Assembly: GCF_009914755.1 (NCBI RefSeq)
Contig: NC_060930.1
DNA: 64,000 nt
Strand: one strand, 5' to 3'
DNA from: the human T2T-CHM13v2.0 reference genome, Homo sapiens
The position numbers were made by a program, and so were the translations under genes. Positions 56,967-64,000 of this stretch are shown piece by piece. A model generated the notes under the pieces. The model saw nothing but the letters and a program-made list of their open reading frames with translations, was not told where the DNA came from and made no database searches. The first letter of the stretch is position 1, and every line of letters starts with the position of its first letter.

Positions 56967-57067
56967 ATTTGTTTAATGAATGATACTCAGAAAATGAAAG
57001 ATGTATATTTGGATAGCATCTTGTTTGGGACATGCTTTCTCCTTAAACCATTCTTCTGAGAGATTCT

Positions 57068-57272
57068 GCAGCCTAATGGTCAAAGAGCACATTTTCAGGA
57101 AGCAGACCTTTATTAACTGTTTTACAACTCAGTTTCCTCAACTCTAACATCAGCTGTGATGACTGGTATTTATAAAGAAATCCCTTTGGATCATGATATG
57201 AAATCATATTTGTAAAGTGTTTGAAACAGTGTATGACATGCAATGAGCGCTTAATGAATGCTAATTATCATT
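57068..57272 (+). mobile_element. MIR
   Basis: GCAGCCTAATGGTCAAAGAGCAC...CTCAGTTTCCTCA...TGTAAAGTGTTTGAAACAGTG...GCGCTTAATGAATGCTAATTAT. Confidence 0.8.
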
Positions 57273-57374
57273 GACAGCAATAATATGGTAATACTGTAGT
57301 TGGTAAGAAATCACTGGTAAAACACTGAATTGTCCTGTGTCTTGGGCCTAGAAAGATTAAACTCTTAGGTATTG

Positions 57375-58640
57375 ATTTATTCAACAAATATTTATTATGC
57401 ATGAGACACTGTATTTCATGTTGGGGTATAAATAACTGAGATATAATTTGATTGTTTTAAAAGAGACATGTAAAATATACTCCAGGAGCATTGAGCAGGG
57501 ATTAATTAATTCTGTATAGAAGAGTCACAGATGACTTCACAGAGGGGAAAGACACTGGAATTTTGTCTCTAGAGATATGCAGAGGTTGGCTAGGGAAAGA
57601 ACGAGAAGATAAAAAGAGACATTCCTGGCAGAAGGCACAATGTGAGCAAGAGATTAAGGCATGAAAGTACCTGATGTATTAAGGAAGTAATGGATATATA
57701 GCTTTTCCTAACTGGATGGCAGAGTATACAGGAGGAATGGGAAGCAATGAGTCTGAAAAGTCAGTTGAAGATGTTAAAAGAACTCTTAATGTCTTGCCAA
57801 AGAGTTTATGCTTATGCTGAATACATTAGTGAGCTAATTCAGAGTCCCATGTGTATCATTCTGCTGCTGTCATTCATTAACTTATTTGTTCATTCAACAG
57901 ATGTTTATTAAATAGTTACTAAACGCTAGTCCCATTCTAGGCACTGGGAATAGAGCAGTAAGTAAAAGATAAAATGCCTTGTCCTCATAAACCTTACATT
58001 TTAGTTGCAGACAATAAGCAAATATACAATTATAGATGATAATACATGCTAATATGAAAAATAAATTGGGAACAGAGATAGGGAATGTTGAAAGGAAAGC
58101 TGCAGTTTCAGATATGATGGCCAAGGAGGGCATTGGTTAAAAGGTAACATGTGAGCCAAATTTGAAAGAGGAAGGAATATCATGTGGCTATTTGGTAGGA
58201 ATGGCAAGTGCAAAAACCCCAAGACAGGAGTGTGCTTGCTATAGTCGAAGAAAAGCAAGGCAGCCAGTATAGCTGGGGCAGAGTAAGCAATGGGAGGAAG
58301 ATATAAAAAGTAAAGCAGAAAGAGGAGTGGGGTTGGAAATAAAGATCATAATGGACTTTGTGGATTTGATTTCAGTCTGACAAATAATTTCATGATCTGA
58401 CTTCTATTTAAAAGGTCACTCTGACTGTAGAGAGTAAGTGGTTTGTAGGAGAGGTAAAGGTCCAGAATGAGGCAGGATGGTTTGGACACTGCTGAAAACA
58501 TCAGGCAAGAAGCGACAATTGCTTGAAGCAGAATAGTAGTGGTAGAAGAAGTGGCAAGAGGAAATGTTCTAGAAGGATTTCAGAGTATGAACCAATGGAA
58601 TATCCTGACGGGTTCTCTTAAGTGTGAGGTATTTGTTAGA
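57375..58640 (-). mobile_element. Two L2 relics in tandem
   Basis: ATTTATTCAACAAATATTTATT at ~57375 and TTCATTCAACAGATGTTTATT...TTCTAGGCACTGGGAATAGAGCAGT at ~57890, each followed by L2 body. Confidence 0.8.
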
Positions 58641-59172
58641 GAAATTATGAATGTTGGCTATCAGGTTTTCAGCCCCTTTGATGTTACTTCTTCTGCCCTT
58701 GCTACTGTCTTTCCTGCAGGACTCTGGACTTCAGCTTATTTTAAGTTTCTACCACCAGCCTCTTCTAGTCCTGTTCACTCAAGATTACTTCATGGAAGGA
58801 CATGAGCTTCCTGGCTCCCCTCTATTCACAGCCTTAAACTTGAGTGTTTGACTGCTAATCAGTATTTGGAAACACGCTATGTATAATATAAATCAAAACA
58901 GATAAGTTATAAAGTTTACACATCCCAGTAATACTCGGTAAATTATACTTCATTTCCTCTGAGAAAGTAAATGAAGACTTATTAGGACTTCTGTACTTTT
59001 TTCCCTTGAAATAGTGTTCTCCTGTTTCTATTGGTGAAAGTCATATAACCTATCTCAAGAAGATAGGTTTTTCTCTCCTGATGGGATGCAATTCTGACAG
59101 AATAACAGTTTCAATTCTATTTACTAAGGGGCATGTTCATTTCTGTGGACCTCAACTGGGTAACTAACACAC

Positions 59173-59340
59173 AAGGGCAAGTCCAAGTTTTATGGCTTCT
59201 GAAGCTTATACAATTTTGAGAGGACCCTTTAAGGAAACGACTTCACAGATTACACAGACAAGATTATTAGAGCTCCTTTCAGAACTTTGGAAGATATCTG
59301 TCACAAGTGAGGACCTAAAGCTTACATTTCAATAGCCACA
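59173..59340 (+). mobile_element. hAT-Tip100-like DNA transposon relic (ORSL-type)
   Basis: CAAGGGCAAGTCCAAGTTTTATGGCTTCTGAAGCTTATACAATTTTGAGAGGACCCTTTAAGG, similar to the 19312 element. Confidence 0.55.
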
Positions 59341-59976
59341 CACTCTTACCTCAGGGCCCTTGCACTGCTATTCTTACCAGATATCCACATGTTATTCTTT
59401 CCTCCTTCAAGTTTGGTTTATATGTCGCCTTTTAACCAATGCCTTCTTTGGCTATTATATCAAAAATTGCTGCTTTCCCTTCAAAGTTAACTGTCTCTGG
59501 TGATAGCCTTTCACTTATTCCCCACTTCACCCAGTAATAATCTTGTCTGGGCACTTCTTCGGAATATCTGCAAGCTTTAGGGCAGGAGAGTACTCTGATC
59601 TGATCTGATTGATGACTTGGAAAGAAAACTGACATGTAGTGTGAGGCTGTTTTGGGACCAGAGGCTGTAAATCAGGGTGATTCTTTAGAATTGCTTCCCT
59701 ATCATTCTCCCATTTTAAACAAGCATCCCTTAACATGGAATTTCTTATGAAGCGTCATCTTTCCACGCAAGGAAAACTATTTCTAGTTACTCTCTTCAAA
59801 TGAAAAATTGATATACTCTTTTCAATTTAGGCATGCTTTCTAATGCTTAAGGTTTCCAGTCTTTACACTTATTAAATGGACATATATGTAGTAAATATCC
59901 ATGAATCAAACCACTATATGAGAAATTATATTTTATTTTTAGTGGAATCTTTATCTCTCTTTCACCTCCTGCCTTG

Positions 59977-60041
59977 TTCTTCCCTTCTCCTCCCTCCCTC
60001 CCTTCCTCACTCCCTCCCTCCCTCCCTTCCTTCCTTCCTTC
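59977..60041. repeat. (CCCT)n/(CCTT)n polypyrimidine tract
   Basis: Read directly. Confidence 0.92.
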
Positions 60042-62757
60042 TGCCTTGCTGTTTTGTAGCAAACAGTTACAGATTCTACAACACAGGAAAACATATAGGA
60101 GCAAATTAGTAGCTCTAAAAACCAAGTAAGGTCTTGCCTCCTATGAAACAATGACTCTTGAGGGTGTGTGAACTTTTGTGGTTTCCATCAAGAAATGATG
60201 CTGAGACTCTTCATCTGTATGCACCACTGAAAAATATTTTTACTATTGATTTTCCTTCAGCATTGATCTACCACCCGATGCCATCAATAATGAGGTTTGT
60301 CAGCTGATATCTTAGGCTGTCTGTATTTTTTTTTTTTTCTGGTGGAAGAGGAGCTAGTAGTAAAGCAGGAAGAAAGGTTGATAACTTGAACTTGGGAATT
60401 TGCAACCAACCCATCAACTTCACTGAGTCACTACTCCCAGCCCTTCTTCCTCTCCCATTTTATTTCTCTTATCACTTTATTACTTGATAGGAAGTCTTCC
60501 ATCGGATTGGACTCCTGAGTATTGTTATTTTTCAGTTTGGTATGCAATGGAATGCAAATTAAATGAGACAATTATCTGTGGCAAAGTGTTTTCTTGATGC
60601 TGGAAGAATGCTTTTTCTTTTGCTTCTCTTAAAAAATCTGAAGGCATCTAAAAAGCTGATTCAACTAAATACTTCGTGAGAAACCAATTCTGTAAACTAT
60701 GCCACTTTCATTTATTGAAGTTAGCCCATGTTTGGGCCTAAAGGGAGAATTTTCTGAAACACATGTCTATTTCACTGTGGCAGAATGCTTCCTTTTACAA
60801 AGCAATAATAAGGGGAAAAAGTAGAAAGTAGATAGTCAGCATTCCCCTATCCCTTGTAAAATAAAATGAAAATGCAGATACCCTTCTGTCAAGGTCCTGA
60901 TCTTGGATAAAATTATATACCAAAATTTGGCAAAGCATGTTTTGGGAGATACATATTCATTATTATGCATGAACTTAACTAAGTATTGATTATTCTAAGT
61001 GGTACAGATGGAAACAGCCATTTCTCTGGATTCAGGATATTGAATTATGAGAGGTGAGGGGAAAAGTTCTCACTGACAGGTCAAGATAAAATTATTTAGA
61101 AACAAGATAGGAAAGCACATAATATTATGTATGATATATCTGATTGTTTTTGCCTCCATACATTTTTAAATATTTCTAATCATAATAGATGACTTTTATT
61201 AAAAACATAGGTTAGACATAAAGAATTTCTAGTATTTTACCCTTTTATTAGAGATGAATATAGCCACCTATTTAAATTAATTATATGTATTAATATCAAA
61301 GGATTTTTCAACATGTTCATCCTATTTTTCAATGAGTTATAAATGTAGCAACTGAACATTTGTTGGAACTTTGTGTGTCTATAAAACACAAGTAATTTTA
61401 TATGTAGTATACATTTGCAGTACCCTGTGTGAAAGATAAGCCCTGGAGTTGGCCAGCATATAAACTGGACAGTTACATCCTGACGTTCTGATATACTTGG
61501 AAGCAGGATTGGTGAGTCATAGGATACACAAATATTTCATTACAGACTGGTAGATTGCTCTATAAATCAGCATTTGCTCTCCTACTAGCACTTATCCTAC
61601 TCTCTAGTTTTTGCCAGCATTCAATGTTATCTTTCTGGTTCTTGCCATTCGTGTAAGCCTGCGCTATATGGTCCTCTCTTATCTGAAGTTACTCATGCAA
61701 GAGCCTAACCACCTTTTATCTCCTGCAGTATTTCTCACAGTTTTCTCATTGGGTTCCAGATGTACCACCTTTCCTGTACCTCCTGAGATATCTACTGGGT
61801 TGGGTTTAGAGAACGAAAACTGAGCTAATGAGCTGATGCCAGATCACGAATGTTTTGAAAACATGCATTGTCCTGAGTATGTGTGTGTGTGTGCGTCTGT
61901 GTGTATATCTTAATTTTATTCTAGCTGTGTTTTCACCTCCACTTCAGTTCTATTTCAGTTTGAGTCACCTGTTCTAAGTGTTCTGAATATATTCCCCCTT
62001 TTGCTGGACCCCCTTAGATGTGTTCTTTCTTTTATCTAGGTATTGGGCCTCAGGTTCAACTTCTGGGATGCAAGAAGCAACAGCAATCCCATAAGTATGA
62101 GAGGCCCAGGAGCCAAGTGGTTTACTAAGTAGTCATCTCTTCTCAAGAAAACAGGCAAGAGCTTCTGTACTCACTACATCTGGAAAGACTATGAGTCTCC
62201 CAGCCTCAACTGCAGCAAATATTTTGTTTACCTGGCCAACACCCTTCAGCTGTAGGGGGGCCAGTTTGATCAGCTAGCTGGTCCTTGCAGGGATGCTTAT
62301 GGAGGGTACCATACCCAGTCTCTCACGGTTCACAGAATGCCTAAGGCCAAACGGCAGTCAGGAAGAAAGAACATTTAAGACAGAAAGAAGATGCAATAGA
62401 GCCAAATGCTGCAAGAATTGCTTAAAAAAGCAATCGGAAAACTGAGAGAAAAAAATCCTTGCATTTTGGATGTAATTTATGGCTTTTTCCCATAGTGATG
62501 TCATAAAATTTCAGAGAAAAAGCAAGGAATGAGAGTAAGGATATAGAAACTACTACTGTAATATGGACTCTTTTTAATGGAATTTCTGATAAAAATGATA
62601 TGCAGGTATAAAAAATCCAGATAAGTAGATGTAGACACAGGGTCAGGGGTCAAGGGATGTTTTAAATTTCGTTAATGGGCAATCTTGAATGTGTTTCAGT
62701 AGAGTATGAGGCAGGATCATCAGCTAAGAGAAATGAAAGTTCGCAATGGTGCAAGGG

Positions 62758-63205
62758 CAGTGATGTGCTGAAGCTTACAGGAGCTAATCGCTGAGTTTTC
62801 AAGAATTTTGAGAGCTAGTTGTTAAACTTGGCTATTATTAAAATGTAAATTACATAAATTTATAGTTAAATTATATTAAAGTGAAGGTAATAAATACTCA
62901 AGAGTCATGGTTTCCTAATTATTTTACTACCTTTCACTGTTAATTATACTCTTGAGATTATTTATATCTATTATGTCTGAGAACAGATACCAGGTTGTAT
63001 TTGGTGGAAAGGCCATATGAAGGTATGCTACTTACCACACGTTTCTTCCCCACTCTGCATCCAGTGATGTCACGTTAGTAGTTTGGAATCAGCCATGGTT
63101 GGAAGCATTTACAGTTTGAAAATCAGTAAATGCTACAAATTTGGGCTTTTTTGTTTGTGTTGTTTTCAAAGGGCTGTTGATTGAACATTTACTAGCACAC
63201 CACTA
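62758..63205 (+). mobile_element. MER63 (MER63B-like, hAT-Blackjack)
   Basis: CAGTGATGTGCTG...AGGTAATAAATACTCAA...TTCCTAATTATTTTACTAC...CAGTGATGTCACGTTAGTAG...TAGCACACCACTA, with terminal inverted repeats. Confidence 0.85.
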
Positions 63206-63870
63206 AGTAAAGCTTTTGAGGGTGATGGTGAATATTTTGAGTGGCCACTCAGGAATAGGAGATCACTGTTCTGACAGTTGGCCACTGACTGATAATGGAA
63301 GGTCAATGCCACTTGGACCAGGCTGAAGTTAGTAAATACGATTGTCAAAGTAATGTATCGCACAGGCAAGCCAGGTGTGAAAATAGCAAAAGTTTTGGGT
63401 TGATTGAATCCTCTGTGTGCAGAGTCTGGGGTGGAAGAATAGAAGTAATTGAACTGTAACACCTTGAAGTCTCAGCCAGTTATACAGAGTAGTGAGTTCA
63501 AGAGGAAGCTAATGTATTGGGAGAAAGGGATGGTAGTCTGGAACTAGAAACTTTAATGAGGTGAAGCCCAGATGTAGCTGAAATGATCCAGAGGAGGAGT
63601 GAATATGACGCAGAATTGTAATCAGAGTGGGACTTTGGAATTTGAGATTTCAGATAGAGCCATTGCCAGACCCTGAGTGTGATGGTGATTATGAGTTTGC
63701 TCAAGTTTACCATAAGGGTAGATATGGTGGGATAAGAAGTTGTCAAGGGTCTTAAATTTGGATTGTTGGAAGAGTTGATCAAATGAGCCGAAGATACCAA
63801 GGATGATGGCAGGAGTTGGGGTAGTAAACTGAGGACAATTTAGGAGTTGGAGTGGAGAGCTTCACTGAGC
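63206..63870 (-). mobile_element. L2 internal (ORF2-region) relic, probably continuing 62400-62757 across MER63
   Basis: Purine-rich L2-like text (GGATGATGGCAGGAGTTGGGG; GAGTTGATCAAATGAG). Minus ORFs are Ser/Leu/Pro-rich decayed sequence. Confidence 0.6.
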
Positions 63871-64000
63871 TGGATCTAATCCCTCTGGAGGTTTTCTGTG
63901 TCTAAGAATATTTTTCAGCAAGAATGTCTTGTGTGGCATTACATAAGTAGGGCTACTTTATCAGCCACTATCACTCATAGGCAATAGCTGCTCTGGGTAT

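Noticed and set aside
59432-59736. Minus-strand ORFs with natural-looking composition
   Set aside because: Overlap an L2 3' relic. No homology recognised.

Overview
Primate (almost certainly human) AT-rich, gene-poor genomic DNA, intronic or intergenic. I found no protein-coding exon, structural RNA gene or CpG island that I can support. The only ORFs with recognisable products are decayed LINE-1 ORF1/ORF2 pieces; the rest are Alu/L1/L2/LTR read-through or chance. Roughly half the window is interspersed repeat: a rearranged L1PA (2.3-5.8 kb), a ~6.7 kb old L1MC (49.2-55.9 kb) carrying nested insertions, other L1M pieces, nine Alus, solo LTRs (THE1C, THE1B, LTR16, MST/MLT1, an ERVL-type and an ERV1 LTR, several with intact target-site duplications), L2/MIR relics, and DNA transposons (MADE1 x2, MER5A, MER63, hAT-Tip100-like x2). 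Family calls come from remembered consensus sequences, not a database search. I see no new gene system. The most interesting signals are mutational fossils: three 5'-inverted (twin-primed) L1s spanning ~8 nt to ~1.1 kb inversions, a templated insertion with snap-back inside an Alu linker, two near-perfect fold-back palindromes, and a 70-bp tandem duplication. There are also a DUX4-consensus site in a THE1C LTR and a promoter-like motif cluster in unique sequence.
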